Assembly (NCBI GenBank): GCA_028279765.1
Contig: JANQND010000009.1
Coordinates: 65,198 to 129,197 of the forward strand
Length of the DNA: 64,000 nt
Reading direction: 5' to 3'
Source: Candidatus Nanoarchaeia archaeon
GTDB lineage: Archaea > Nanobdellota > Nanobdellia > Woesearchaeales > WJIZ01
A program made the position numbers and the translations under genes. This document shows positions 37,801 through 47,689 of this stretch, in pieces; positions within the stretch are counted from its first letter, which is position 1; the number at the start of each line of letters is the position of its first letter. Below the pieces are notes generated by a model. That model was given only the letters and a program-made list of their open reading frames with translations. It did not search any database and had not been told where the DNA came from.

Positions 37801-39308
37801 GAGATAACACCCTAAGCCAAACCGTCTACATGGAGGCAATAGGAAATCATTGCGCAGGTGAAGACATTAATTACACGATTTACGAGGATGATGTATTCTT
37901 TGATGACTTCGTTGATAGCCTCTTAGCAGTGTACAATACCTATCCTGTTTGGCAGCCTCCTTGGTATAACGATGCATTATTTCCTCTCATCTTTACAGAA
38001 AATCCACAGTATTACTTCGTTGCAGAAGATCCTCTTGGGAACCAATTGCAATCCCAAACTCTTGAAATTACTCGGCCACCAGAACTGGTTGGATCACTTT
38101 GCGGGAATGGTATCCTCGACTTTGGAGAAGAATGCGATGAGGCAGGACTAAATACCGATACTGCATGTACTCCAGATATTGGAGAGCAGTGCCACTACTG
38201 TAACACCACCTGCTATAACATCACGCTTGGGACTATTGAATGCCATCTCTTTGATGTAGAAATCTCTCTAAACCCAGCCAACGACAACAATTTCAACGGT
38301 CTTGCTGATGAAGGAGATATCATCACCATTAATGCAACAATTAACCCGAATTGTCAGGATGCAGACCGAATCCTTGTGGAAGCATCCTCGATAGACAATT
38401 CCTGCACAATAATACCGGGAGCATCAGCAATCATTGATGCCATGAACGAAACCATTACTATTACTCAGGGAGATTCCTCAGCCATAACAGAATGGACAGT
38501 GCCGTCCATACCTGCAGAATGCCAGGGAAAAACAGTGAATGCGCAAAGCGCGGCGCTCTATAGCGACACCAGTCAGGCACCGGTAGGGTCAACACTCAGC
38601 ACCCCGTCCGGTTCATTCACCTTTGCAGGCGCTGTTTGCGGCAATGGCCTTCCGAATTCAGGTGAACAATGCGATGACGCAAATTCGAACAATAGTGATT
38701 CCTGCATCATTGACCCTCTGAACGGATATGAATGCAAGGATGCGTTTTGTGGTGATAACTATACCCGTTCAGGATTCGAACAATGTGATGATGGAAACGC
38801 CATTGATACAGATTCCTGTACCAGCTCCTGCCAGATTGCATTCTGTGGTGATTCAATTATTCAAAGTGGAGTAGAAGAGTGTGACGACGGAAATATTCAA
38901 AGCGGTGATCGCTGCTCAAGCACTTGCCAGTATGAGGCGAGCTTTATCTGGAATGAGAAGAATGAACAAAGAGAAGCGGTGCTGATATTAGGATTAGAAA
39001 AGGATATTAGTGGTGACTGGCAGGATTATCTCATCGTCTTTAACAGCTCAAGCGACATCTCCTCTCTGATTACCTTTGAGGATAAAACCACCATTGCAGA
39101 CGATGCACCGGTGGATCTCAGCCAATTTGAATCCTATGAGAGCAGTTATCATTTACTGAGCTATTACTGGAACCATACGGGATGGACTCCGCAGCCCGGA
39201 GATGAGGGAACCTACCGGGCATTCCTGGAACTGCGCGACAACATTAACGAAGTCATCGAAATTCAGGGCAGTGATAGAATCTATTCAAACAGTTTCACCG
39301 TCTCATAA
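34875..39308 (+). CDS. Giant secreted surface protein (1477 aa). Domains: N-terminal 'ASSNGI' tandem repeats, Myxococcus-type cysteine-rich repeats, and a beta-propeller-like middle
   Basis: Signal peptide. About 18 periodic repeats with x[AS]SSNGI.V.G spacing of about 20-25 aa (DNA about 35010-36075). At least 7 C-G[DN]G......E[QE]CDDGN......C...C units, as in the Myxococcus cysteine-rich repeat. Recurrent G.Y.VVG strands. Confidence 0.6.
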   Translation: MHGTPLKGWRKRASIARAAVLCLALALITSAQAFSTLPGVISDAASNGIHVYSRIGIPIQGLEVGSSSNGLFGRGFVVSNNQGEGVGASSSGILVRAKVKTINALKPISAASSNGISVRGSIQVISNSEPGTGASANGILVRGTLLTMDKKMPKSGALSNGIYAVGSIANTATLSPRTASSSNGINVVGRFNLGINDPPIVSASSNGINTRAKTYLRDALMPITGAGSNGLSVIADIGTHGGSSTTNGIKVLGVVRKTADPAEFDGDTGAASNGLFVLGTLDKGNIQQSGASSNGIHVQGLINTDSTGEEGTVIGIEVSSGATSNGISVNGTLSTGSMINPLTGASSNGLFVQGIIRAVDELYPATAASSNGIAASGTMIDLSNSDDSGASTNGIVISGTLVTDQPSLCEEFGLHVLFGEVSCFCGDGRLDDDEQCDDGNDNNNDACTNTCQLATCGDGYLQGSEQCDFGSNNNDAGACTTSCEWGPQCSVNEFYKLIPEHTLATDIEMRECGYILAAENSIDPMFSEFDHKGEFIQSKIIETAGNSNWYHPLQKSIKTSDGGYLVLGISHYYQIFIAKLDQNYVLQWEQSIDTSDDQITLVDVIEDHEGNFVASGTNNNYNDFLLYKFSSDGSLIWRKTLSALGGGDGIGYSIEQDEDHNYVVVGVKQHDIAIDAHGIYVGKFDMNGNQIISKYLYDDPLKRYVARDFIINEDSSITIAGYVRENSISNPTDSLLITKFDTNYDPVWSRTIETQQGFKNFFATSITHAHQGGYVVVGGLSGADDVLPYHHFDSLQNGQKLITAVFDESGNLQHSYTTLNEFTVANDIEQHPMGGYAIAGQAQTGALLVRTNNLGNVTFCNDWVDLSLSSNSITLSSINPIASQDDTLSLIITVDGTPITDHSITSDTFICYIEPNICGNGFHEPTNGEQCDDGNNIDDDSCSNTCVAQCVLSSAQWIYADNSMVTSPVQGWEAGRDNTLSQTVYMEAIGNHCAGEDINYTIYEDDVFFDDFVDSLLAVYNTYPVWQPPWYNDALFPLIFTENPQYYFVAEDPLGNQLQSQTLEITRPPELVGSLCGNGILDFGEECDEAGLNTDTACTPDIGEQCHYCNTTCYNITLGTIECHLFDVEISLNPANDNNFNGLADEGDIITINATINPNCQDADRILVEASSIDNSCTIIPGASAIIDAMNETITITQGDSSAITEWTVPSIPAECQGKTVNAQSAALYSDTSQAPVGSTLSTPSGSFTFAGAVCGNGLPNSGEQCDDANSNNSDSCIIDPLNGYECKDAFCGDNYTRSGFEQCDDGNAIDTDSCTSSCQIAFCGDSIIQSGVEECDDGNIQSGDRCSSTCQYEASFIWNEKNEQREAVLILGLEKDISGDWQDYLIVFNSSSDISSLITFEDKTTIADDAPVDLSQFESYESSYHLLSYYWNHTGWTPQPGDEGTYRAFLELRDNINEVIEIQGSDRIYSNSFTVS

Positions 39309-39310
39309 TC

Positions 39311-39937
39311 TTATTTTCTGAATAAGTGAATAAACCCTGAGAAACATCGAAGAATAAGCTCTCCGCAGACTATCAAGATAAAGTAATAGGCCGCATTTTT
39401 CCATAGTGAAAGAAACTGCTCTATGATAATCCCTACATCGAAAAGAGTAATGAGCTTCACATCAATAATAAAGATGCCCAGAAGAGCAAAAGGAATCATC
39501 TTTGCAATATCTTTAGACAAATCTTCATTATAATAGGCACAAATTCTCGTAGTTGCAATCAAAGCCATGGAGGCAAGCAAAATCTGATCAAAAGACCGTG
39601 TTGAAATTAACGAAATCAGCACCACAATCACTAAAAACCAGAAAAAAACAAACAGAGGAAAGATAATCAAATACTCCAGAACATAAAAAATAGCAGCAAA
39701 AAAACCATAAAAGAAAGGATGTTTCGACTCATTATACTTATTCAGGTCCAGTTTAAAAATATCCCGACGCGCAAGAGCCCGATAGAACTTAAAGATAAAT
39801 ACTGAATACACGATCATCCCGGCAACCAGTATCAATAGGGGCTCTAAAGTAGACGTAGCCTCAGCAAGCGAAAATTCCGTGCCACTGACATTGATGGACG
39901 CCATGAAAGCCTTTACAAGTTTAGTGTATTTAAGCAT
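39311..39937 (-). CDS. Polytopic membrane protein (hypothetical)
   Basis: Several hydrophobic helices. Confidence 0.35.
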   Translation of the reverse strand: MLKYTKLVKAFMASINVSGTEFSLAEATSTLEPLLILVAGMIVYSVFIFKFYRALARRDIFKLDLNKYNESKHPFFYGFFAAIFYVLEYLIIFPLFVFFWFLVIVVLISLISTRSFDQILLASMALIATTRICAYYNEDLSKDIAKMIPFALLGIFIIDVKLITLFDVGIIIEQFLSLWKNAAYYFILIVCGELILRCFSGFIHLFRK

Positions 39938-39998
39938 ATCGAATTGCTAGTTCTATGATTTCTCCGAATAATTTATATTCTACTGTTCATTCTTTGTT

Positions 39999-40562
39999 GT
40001 GATGAGCCAAGAAATAGCAGCTGAGCATACAAGACATCAGGGGCTAATCCACTCTTCTGCCTATTCAGAGAAATTGCTATATTTGGTGGGAAATTCTAGT
40101 TTAGCCCAATCTGAGTTAGCAGATGGCATATTTCCTAATGTTTTTGGAGCAATAACTTACGTAATAGGGCAAAACGAAAAAATCAAATCCTTATGGACGG
40201 AAAAAGGAAAACCGCTAGATGAATATACCGATGCATTAGGTGATTTTGTTTGTATCCCCAACGACGATTTACCTGGTTACGTTGGCGAAGAGCCGATGAA
40301 CGTCTTGCTACAGGGTCTGTCACAAACCGCACTAGCTCCAGACAGAATTATTGCATTCTATTGGGAGAATAATAGAACAGAGGCAAATGGCTTTAGACTA
40401 AGGCATTCCGGTTTATATTTGGGGAAACAGTCAGGAGAGGATATATTTTTTCATCAAGATGGAATTGGTGGTAGATATGCTATTTCCAGCATTGATGATT
40501 ATAAATCTGACTTATTGCCAAGCTCCACAGAAACTCTCGAGTTAAAAGTATTTGCTCCTTAA
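39999..40562 (+). CDS. Hypothetical protein (187 aa)
   Basis: ORF only. Confidence 0.3.
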   Translation: MMSQEIAAEHTRHQGLIHSSAYSEKLLYLVGNSSLAQSELADGIFPNVFGAITYVIGQNEKIKSLWTEKGKPLDEYTDALGDFVCIPNDDLPGYVGEEPMNVLLQGLSQTALAPDRIIAFYWENNRTEANGFRLRHSGLYLGKQSGEDIFFHQDGIGGRYAISSIDDYKSDLLPSSTETLELKVFAP

Positions 40563-40569
40563 TTATAAT

Positions 40570-41928
40570 TCACATCCCAAAGCCTTTGGGCATCTTACCT
40601 TTCATCTTCTTCATCATTTTGTTCATATCGGTTGAGCCTTTCATCATCTTCATCATTTTCTTGCTCTGCCGATACTGTTTAATCAATTCACGCACTTCCC
40701 GCGCATTCAGCCCCGATCCCCGGCAAACCCGGTCAATGCGATCGGAATCAATCATCTCAGGCTCTTCAAGCTCCTCTTGTGTCATGCTTTGCATCGCGAT
40801 CTTCCATTTCTCTAATTTGCCCTCCTGCGTCTGCAGAACCTCTTTAGGCATTTTTAATTGTCCGAACCCGGGAATCATCTCTGCAACTTTAGTAAGGGGT
40901 CCCATCTTTTTCATTGCAGCCATTTGCTCATACAAGTCCAGTAAGCTAAAATCGCCTTTCAAAAAGCGCTTGCCCAGATCCTCTGCATCTTCTTCAGAAA
41001 TAGCCTCTTTTGCTTTCTCCAAAAGGGTCTCTAAATCACCCATTCCAAGCAACCTGCCAACAAAATTCTTCGGTTTAAACTCTTCCAGGTCATCACTTTT
41101 TTCCCCTACACCGATAAACTTAATTGGCGCCTGAGTCGTTGCACATGCAGACAACGCTCCTCCTGCTTTAGCGGTTCCATCCATTTTGGTCGCAATAACT
41201 CCGGTGATATGGCAACTCTCATGGAACTGCTCTGCCTGTTTTTGGGCAGTTTGCCCAATATCTGCAGAAATAACAAGCAATCGCTCTTCAGGTTTAGCAA
41301 GAGAATTAAGGGATTCGATCTCTTCAATAAGGTCCTCACTCAAAGCGTCCCTTCCCGCCGTATCCATGATAACAATATCAAACTGCTCAAGCTCCTTCTC
41401 GAAGTGCTTATAAATAGCATTCACATCTTTCTCATCGCGCTTTACAAACACCGGAACATTCACCTGTGCTCCAATTTGTTCAATTTGATCAATAGCAGCA
41501 GGTCGATGTACATCCAGTCCTATTAAACAGACCTTATGCCCGCGCTTGATAAAAAATTTAGCAAGTTTGCCTGAAGTAGTGGTTTTACCTGAGCCAAACA
41601 AGCCTACCAGCATGATCTTGAAGGGTTTCTGAGAAATCTCGATCTTGTGGCCCTCACCACCCAGAAATTCGGTTAATTCTTCATAGACGATATTGATCAG
41701 GTACTCTCTTTTGGTTAGCCCAGCAGGAGCATCTTCCTTTAGTGCCCGCTCCTTGATCTTCTTCGTAAACTCGAAAACCAGCTTCACATTCACATCTGCC
41801 TGGATCAGAGCCCGCTGAATATCTTTAATGAGCTCATTAATCAGTTTCTCATCAACAAATACCGCTTTGGCTATCTTATTGAGGGTGTTTTTCAGTGAAC
41901 TGCCCAGTTTTTCTAAAACCATAAGCAT
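40570..41928 (-). CDS. srp54: Signal recognition particle protein SRP54
   Basis: N domain, G domain GLFGSGKTTTSGKLA / DTAGR, Met-rich M domain (MMKMMKG). Confidence 0.85.
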   Translation of the reverse strand: MLMVLEKLGSSLKNTLNKIAKAVFVDEKLINELIKDIQRALIQADVNVKLVFEFTKKIKERALKEDAPAGLTKREYLINIVYEELTEFLGGEGHKIEISQKPFKIMLVGLFGSGKTTTSGKLAKFFIKRGHKVCLIGLDVHRPAAIDQIEQIGAQVNVPVFVKRDEKDVNAIYKHFEKELEQFDIVIMDTAGRDALSEDLIEEIESLNSLAKPEERLLVISADIGQTAQKQAEQFHESCHITGVIATKMDGTAKAGGALSACATTQAPIKFIGVGEKSDDLEEFKPKNFVGRLLGMGDLETLLEKAKEAISEEDAEDLGKRFLKGDFSLLDLYEQMAAMKKMGPLTKVAEMIPGFGQLKMPKEVLQTQEGKLEKWKIAMQSMTQEELEEPEMIDSDRIDRVCRGSGLNAREVRELIKQYRQSKKMMKMMKGSTDMNKMMKKMKGKMPKGFGM

Positions 41929-42084
41929 AAGAAAATAGTTTAAGCTTTATAAAGATTAACTAAATCACTCTTCTCTATAAACACATAATACAAAAAATAT
42001 TTTCACTACCCAAAAAGTTTAAATATAAGTGAGTATTGTAAAATGATAAAAATAAAGAAACCTATAGAAGGGTAATCGAGTGGG

Positions 42085-43428
42085 GTGTACTTAATGAACA
42101 AAAAACTATTGCTAATCAGCCTATGTATAACCGTATTTCTCATTTCTGCATGCGAACAGCAAGCGGCGACAAATGACGTTGCGTTTGTTCCTATTGATCA
42201 AATCCAGGTGGAAGAAGATCAGCAGACAGAATATATTTCTACAGAGCAGGATGCAGGCCAAATGGATTCTGAAAAAGAAGAGGGAATGAAAGAAGATTCC
42301 ATGGAAGGCCATATGATGGACGATGCAGGCATGGAAAAGGAAGATGCCATGCAGGATTCCGGAACCGAAATCATTGTTGAAGACGGTATAATCATTGAAG
42401 ACACCCCCTTAGAAGGCGGGCAGGAAGATATTACCAATGACGGAATTGTTATAGAAGATACTCAGATTGCGCAGGCTGTCGAGAGCGGCGATACCGAAAC
42501 GATTGATCTCACCACTATTCCTGTGGAAGAGGACGCAGCTGAGGATGACCATGACCATTCAGCCGATCATGTGCATGATGAAGAGGATCATATGGACGAT
42601 ACAACCATCGCAGTCGTTGAAGAAACAGAGCCAGCACCACGGGAAATCGTCCTCATTGTGCAGGAAACTGACTTGGTAAACGTTCAGCCTGTCGCTAATG
42701 ATCCTGACCAGGACAAGCTGGAATTCACCTACAGTAGTCCTTTGAACAGCCAGGGAAAATGGCAAACGACCTATGGTGACCAGGGTGAGTATACTATCAC
42801 TATTACTGCATCCGACAGTGAATTAACAACTTCGCGTGATGCTCTGCTCATCGTAAACAAGAAAGAAGAGCTTCCGGTGATCTCCATCCTTGCTCCGGTA
42901 GGAGAGATGGCACAGGAGATCAACGAGAACTCCGACCTGCAGTTCACTATTAAAGCATCTGACCTAAATAAGGATCCGCTCACTTATATGTGGAAACTTG
43001 ATGGGGAAGTGGTCTCTGTTGACGAAAACTACAAATACGAAGCAGATTATAATAGCGCAGGATCACATACGATAAAAGTGGATGTATCAGACGGCACCTC
43101 TACGGTCTCTGAACTATGGGCAATTACGGTCAACAATGTTGACCGCCCGCCAGTGCTCAAGGTGATCCCTGATGTCACAGTAAAAGAGACGGAAACAGTA
43201 GTGATCACCCCTGCAGCAACCGATCCTGATGGGGATGAAATCACCTACACTATCTCTGATCCGGTTGGTGATTCAGGAATCTGGGAGACGACCTATGATA
43301 GCGCAGGAGTGTATACGGTGACTGTTGCAGCATCTGATGGTGAACTGGACGATAGCCAGCAGGTCAAAGTAACGGTTATTAATGTGAACCGTGCTCCGAT
43401 CATCGAAGATATTATCCAGGTGCAATAA
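42085..43428 (+). CDS. Secreted protein: acidic repetitive N-terminal region plus about four cadherin-like/Ig-like beta-sandwich repeats
   Basis: Signal peptide plus lipobox-like LISAC. Repeats with DPD[QG]D.L.[FY]TY......G.W.TTYD..G.YT..V.ASDG, ending in VN[NK]VDRPP / VNRAPI. Confidence 0.5.
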   Translation: MYLMNKKLLLISLCITVFLISACEQQAATNDVAFVPIDQIQVEEDQQTEYISTEQDAGQMDSEKEEGMKEDSMEGHMMDDAGMEKEDAMQDSGTEIIVEDGIIIEDTPLEGGQEDITNDGIVIEDTQIAQAVESGDTETIDLTTIPVEEDAAEDDHDHSADHVHDEEDHMDDTTIAVVEETEPAPREIVLIVQETDLVNVQPVANDPDQDKLEFTYSSPLNSQGKWQTTYGDQGEYTITITASDSELTTSRDALLIVNKKEELPVISILAPVGEMAQEINENSDLQFTIKASDLNKDPLTYMWKLDGEVVSVDENYKYEADYNSAGSHTIKVDVSDGTSTVSELWAITVNNVDRPPVLKVIPDVTVKETETVVITPAATDPDGDEITYTISDPVGDSGIWETTYDSAGVYTVTVAASDGELDDSQQVKVTVINVNRAPIIEDIIQVQ

Positions 43429-43458
43429 GCTTCCTGCATCTGGTGTGGGGGAGAGCGC

Positions 43459-45393
43459 ATGAAAAGATACATGCTTTTCATTTTTTTTTCTTTATTATTC
43501 TCTGTTATTGCTAGCTCTGCAACCATCCTGGAGTTTGAGGAAACTGACTATATCAATCTGCGGCCAAAAGCAGTTGATCAGGATAATGATTCCCTGAGCT
43601 ATTATTTTGACCGCCCGCTGACCACTGAGGGAACCTGGCAGACAACCTACGGGGATGAAGGCGTATACAACACTAAGGTATCAGTAACTGACGGCAGGCT
43701 GGTGACTCAAAAGAACATTACCCTTATCGTAAATAAGAAAGAGGAGTCACCGCAGATCAGCATTCTGGCCCCGCAGGGAGAACACATCTACATAGAAGAG
43801 TCAAAATCAATCTTTTTTAATATTCAGGCATCAGACCTTAATAAAGACGATTTGAGCACCGAATGGTTCCTTGACGGTGAAAAAGTATCAGAAGGAAATT
43901 ATTTCACCTATGCCTCTGATTTCTATAGCCAGGGAAACCACACTATTGCAGTTGAAGTACATGACGGAGTAAATACCGTTGCTCAGAGCTGGGAAGTAGA
44001 GGTGCAGGATGTTGACCGCACTCTTTTGCTTGACGAATTCAAAAGCATGACGGTTAACGAAACCGATATTGTTGTACTCAGCCTGCCTGACTTTGCAGCA
44101 TTTGACCTGTTCTATAATATCAGTTCTCCATTTGAGAGCGAAAACAAATGGGAAACAACCTATGATGACGCAGGAGTATACACTATTGCGGTAACTATCT
44201 GGGATAACAGGGAATTCAAGGCAGTAAAAACCTTCAAGATACTGGTAGAAAATGTTGACCGGCCTGCAAATCCTTTATCGGAGAATACCTATTGGATATC
44301 TGAAAACGAGCAGCTCATTATTTCTCTCAATTATACAGACCCTGATGGTGATGCAGTAAAAACTGAAGTGGGCGGCCTGCCACGCGGAGCGAAAATAGAG
44401 AGGGACGAGCTCATATGGACACCCTCTTATGAATACGTAACTAAAGAAAATTTCATTGATGATATTGCCAAGAATTTTCATGCCATGAGCAGAACACTCT
44501 CTGTTCAGGTAAACGCTACCTCCAGTAATCTGCGGTTAACCCAGCCACTTCATATCCGGGTATTTGACTCTAATCTACCTCCGGTATTAGAGCCAATTAA
44601 TGATATAACAGTTACGGAAGGGGAGGCTGTGTACTTCAATCTCTCTTCCTTTGATCCGGATAATGACACCATCTCCTATTCCTTTGACGGTATTATCAAT
44701 AAAGACGGCTATCAAACAGCACAGGGAGATGCAGGAACATACTATGTTACTGTCTGGGCAAATGATGGGTTTCTGAAAACCCAAAAACGTGCAAAAATAA
44801 CCGTTCTTGCTGCCAACTCTCCTCCTGTTATAGATGCTATTGAGGACCACCAGGTAAACGAAGGAGAAGTGCTTGAAATTTCACTGCGCGTGCAGGATAC
44901 AGAGAACGATAAGATTTCCTATTCCACAAATCCTGTTCTTGACGGGTCCTATTTCCAGGGAAGCACATTTATCTGGAAGCCAAGCCATGAGGTGGCATCA
45001 CAGGATAATCCGAAAATCATTGATCTGGAATTCTTCGCAAAAGACGATGCAGGGTCAACATCCCAGAAAACATCAATAACCGTGAATGACGTAAAGCGCC
45101 CTTTCTCACTTACTCTCTCGAGCCAGATTGATGGTGAAACCTTTTACGTAGGAGACGAAATTCCTCTTTTTGTAGAGGTATTTAACCCTGACAATCTTGA
45201 GCTTACTTACCGATGGAAAATTTCCTTGTTTAATTCCATAGAAGCAAACAATTCGTTGATCGTAGTCTACGACAAACCGGGAAAAAAGAAAGTCTCGGTG
45301 CTAGTCTCTGATGGGGAGCAAACACTCGATAGAGAGTGGGAATTCAGGCTTGAAAAGCGGCCTGAAGTAGAACTGGCAGGCCTCAATACATAG
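43459..45393 (+). CDS. Secreted protein with about six cadherin-like/Ig-like beta-sandwich repeats, paralogous to the preceding gene
   Basis: Signal peptide. The same DxDxD / TTYGDEGVY / VDRP repeat grammar. Confidence 0.5.
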   Translation: MKRYMLFIFFSLLFSVIASSATILEFEETDYINLRPKAVDQDNDSLSYYFDRPLTTEGTWQTTYGDEGVYNTKVSVTDGRLVTQKNITLIVNKKEESPQISILAPQGEHIYIEESKSIFFNIQASDLNKDDLSTEWFLDGEKVSEGNYFTYASDFYSQGNHTIAVEVHDGVNTVAQSWEVEVQDVDRTLLLDEFKSMTVNETDIVVLSLPDFAAFDLFYNISSPFESENKWETTYDDAGVYTIAVTIWDNREFKAVKTFKILVENVDRPANPLSENTYWISENEQLIISLNYTDPDGDAVKTEVGGLPRGAKIERDELIWTPSYEYVTKENFIDDIAKNFHAMSRTLSVQVNATSSNLRLTQPLHIRVFDSNLPPVLEPINDITVTEGEAVYFNLSSFDPDNDTISYSFDGIINKDGYQTAQGDAGTYYVTVWANDGFLKTQKRAKITVLAANSPPVIDAIEDHQVNEGEVLEISLRVQDTENDKISYSTNPVLDGSYFQGSTFIWKPSHEVASQDNPKIIDLEFFAKDDAGSTSQKTSITVNDVKRPFSLTLSSQIDGETFYVGDEIPLFVEVFNPDNLELTYRWKISLFNSIEANNSLIVVYDKPGKKKVSVLVSDGEQTLDREWEFRLEKRPEVELAGLNT

Positions 45394-45409
45394 GCTTATA
45401 AATCTTCTT

Positions 45410-46981
45410 TTGTTATCTGCATGTATGAAAATACCGCAGCAGTATTCTGACCCTACTTTAAATCTTGCGCTGGATACTCTTGCCTCTAAGAAGCAGGCAA
45501 TCGTTTTTGTCAATACGAAAAACTCTGCAGAAAAGACTGCAGAAGAAATCGCAAAAAAAGTTAAAGAAAAAACTCATGTCGTCCTTGCAGAAAAAGCCCT
45601 GCATTCTCTCTCAAGCCCCACAAAACAATGCCAGCGTTTAGCAAAGTGCCTGGAAAAAGGAATTGCTTTTCATCATGCAGGATTAACTTCTCAGCAAAAA
45701 GAGCTTATAGAGGATAGTTTTCGAAACAAGGAGATCAAAGTCATTGCCGCAACACCCACGCTTGCAGCAGGGTTAGATCTCCCAGCGTATCGTGTTATAC
45801 TAAAAGATCTGCGTAGATTCGGAAGGAGGGGCCTGCAGTATATCCCGGTTCTCGAATACCTGCAAATGGCGGGACGAGCAGGGCGGCCAAAGTATGATAC
45901 GAAAGGGCAGGCAATCACCGTAAGCTCTTCAGAAGATCAAAAAGAAGAATTAACGAACAGGTATCTTCACGGAGAGCCGGAATCTATCTATTCGAAACTT
46001 GCTGTTGAGCCGGTACTCAGGACCTATGTATTATCTTTGATCGCATCAAAATTTGCAACTTCTAAGAAGTCTCTTTTCGACTTTTTTTCCCAGACCTTCT
46101 GGGCGCACCAGTTTGGTGATACCCAGAAGTTATTTGGAATTATCGAAAAAACTCTCCAGTTATTAGAGGAGTGGGAGTTCATAATCGGATCAGATACCTC
46201 TGAGCAGCATGCAGAGTTCACTTCTGCATCAGACTTGCTCAAGGAGGATACCAAGTATAAAGCAACGATATTGGGTAGCAGAGTAGCACAGCTCTATATT
46301 GACCCTTACACTGCACATTATTTTGTAGAAGCGCTGCAGAGGGGAGCGCAGCGATCCATTGCTCCCTTTTCTATTCTTCACATTGTCTCCTCTACTTTGG
46401 AAATCAGGCCGCAGCTGAAGGCAAAGACAAAAGAATTTGAAAAAATCCAGGAGGCTCTGCTCACCTATGGAGATGATCTTCTGGACAAGGAGCCCTCTAT
46501 CTATGATGAAGACTACGAGCAGTTTCAGAACGCCATCAAAACTGCACTGTTCTTTCAGGACTGGATTGATGAAAAAGGCGAAGAATTCTTATTGGAGGAA
46601 TACGCTATCAGGCCGGGTGAAATTAAGGCAAAGCTTGACATCGCAGACTGGCTGATCTACTGCATGGATGAGATGGCTCGAATACTCTCTTTTAAGGATT
46701 TGATTGCAGAACTCAAGAAATTACGAGTCCGCCTGCAATATGGAGTCAAAGAAGAGATCATTACTTTGCTTAAGCTCAAGAATATTGGTCGTGTTCGTGC
46801 ACGAAATTTGTATAAGAATGGTATCAAAGATATTGCTGCGGTGAAAGCTGCAGACTTTATGAAACTCTCCCAAATACTCGGAAAGAATATTGCAATCGAC
46901 GTCAAAGAGCAGGTAGGGCAAAAGGTCGAACAGGTAAAGGAAAATAAAAGGAAAGGACAAATTAGTTTGAAGGATTATTGA
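45410..46981 (+). pseudogene. Hel308/Ski2-like helicase lacking the N-terminal RecA1 ATPase domain (C-terminal 523 aa only)
   Basis: Motif IV VFVNTKNSAE, motif V ATPTLAAGLDLPA, motif VI QMAGRAGRP, and WH, ratchet and HhH (LKNIGRVRARNLYKNGIKD) domains are present. No Walker A/B region is present. The ORF begins 17 nt after an unrelated surface-protein gene. Confidence 0.55.
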
Positions 46982-47021
46982 TCAAAACTTTTATAAGTAA
47001 GAAAGTATTACTTTCCTACAG

Positions 47022-47297
47022 GTGATAAGTATGTCAGAGGTCGAAATAACAACAACATCAATAAAAGGACAAGTAGTTATACCACAGAGCATACGGGATG
47101 AGCTTAATATTCAACCGGGAACAAAATTTGCAGCCTTTGGTAAGAAAGATATTGTTATTCTCAAGAAGATGAGTACTCCTTCTATACAGGATTTTGAAAA
47201 TCTGGTTGATTATGGAACACGCTTTGCAAGAGAGAAAGGAATAAAATCAGAAAAAGACGTTCAGAGAATACTGCGAGATTCAGGTAAGAATAAATGA
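47022..47297 (+). CDS. AbrB/SpoVT-type antitoxin (VapB-like)
   Basis: GQVVIPQSIRDELNIQPGTKF swapped-hairpin motif. 4-nt overlap with the downstream PIN gene. Confidence 0.6.
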   Translation: MISMSEVEITTTSIKGQVVIPQSIRDELNIQPGTKFAAFGKKDIVILKKMSTPSIQDFENLVDYGTRFAREKGIKSEKDVQRILRDSGKNK

Positions 47298-47689
47298 ATG
47301 TTGTTCTGGATACAAATATTCTTATTTCTGCGCTTTTTTGGAGAGGAACTCCTTATAGGGTGGTTCTTAGTGCTCTTCAGGGGAAGTATTCTCTTTGTCT
47401 TTCCAGAAGTATATTGCTTGAGCTAGAGGAAAAACTCAAGTTGAAATTTAAATTTCCGCAAAGCAAGATAAAAGATCTCTTGACAATTTTAAGCTCTTAT
47501 TCCATTATTGTGAAACCTTCAAAAAAACTGCATGTTATTACAGAAGATCCAGATGACAATAAAATCCTCGAGTGTGCAATTGCTTGCAAAGCAAAGTATA
47601 TTATTTCAGGAGATCGTCATCTTTTACACTTAAAACAATACAAAGGAATAAGAATCATTTCAGCAAATGAGTTTCTAAAACTACTATGA
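47294..47689 (+). CDS. PIN-domain toxin (VapC-like)
   Basis: VVLDTNILISALF ... D ... ECA ... GD acidic residues typical of PIN. Confidence 0.7.
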   Translation: MNVVLDTNILISALFWRGTPYRVVLSALQGKYSLCLSRSILLELEEKLKLKFKFPQSKIKDLLTILSSYSIIVKPSKKLHVITEDPDDNKILECAIACKAKYIISGDRHLLHLKQYKGIRIISANEFLKLL

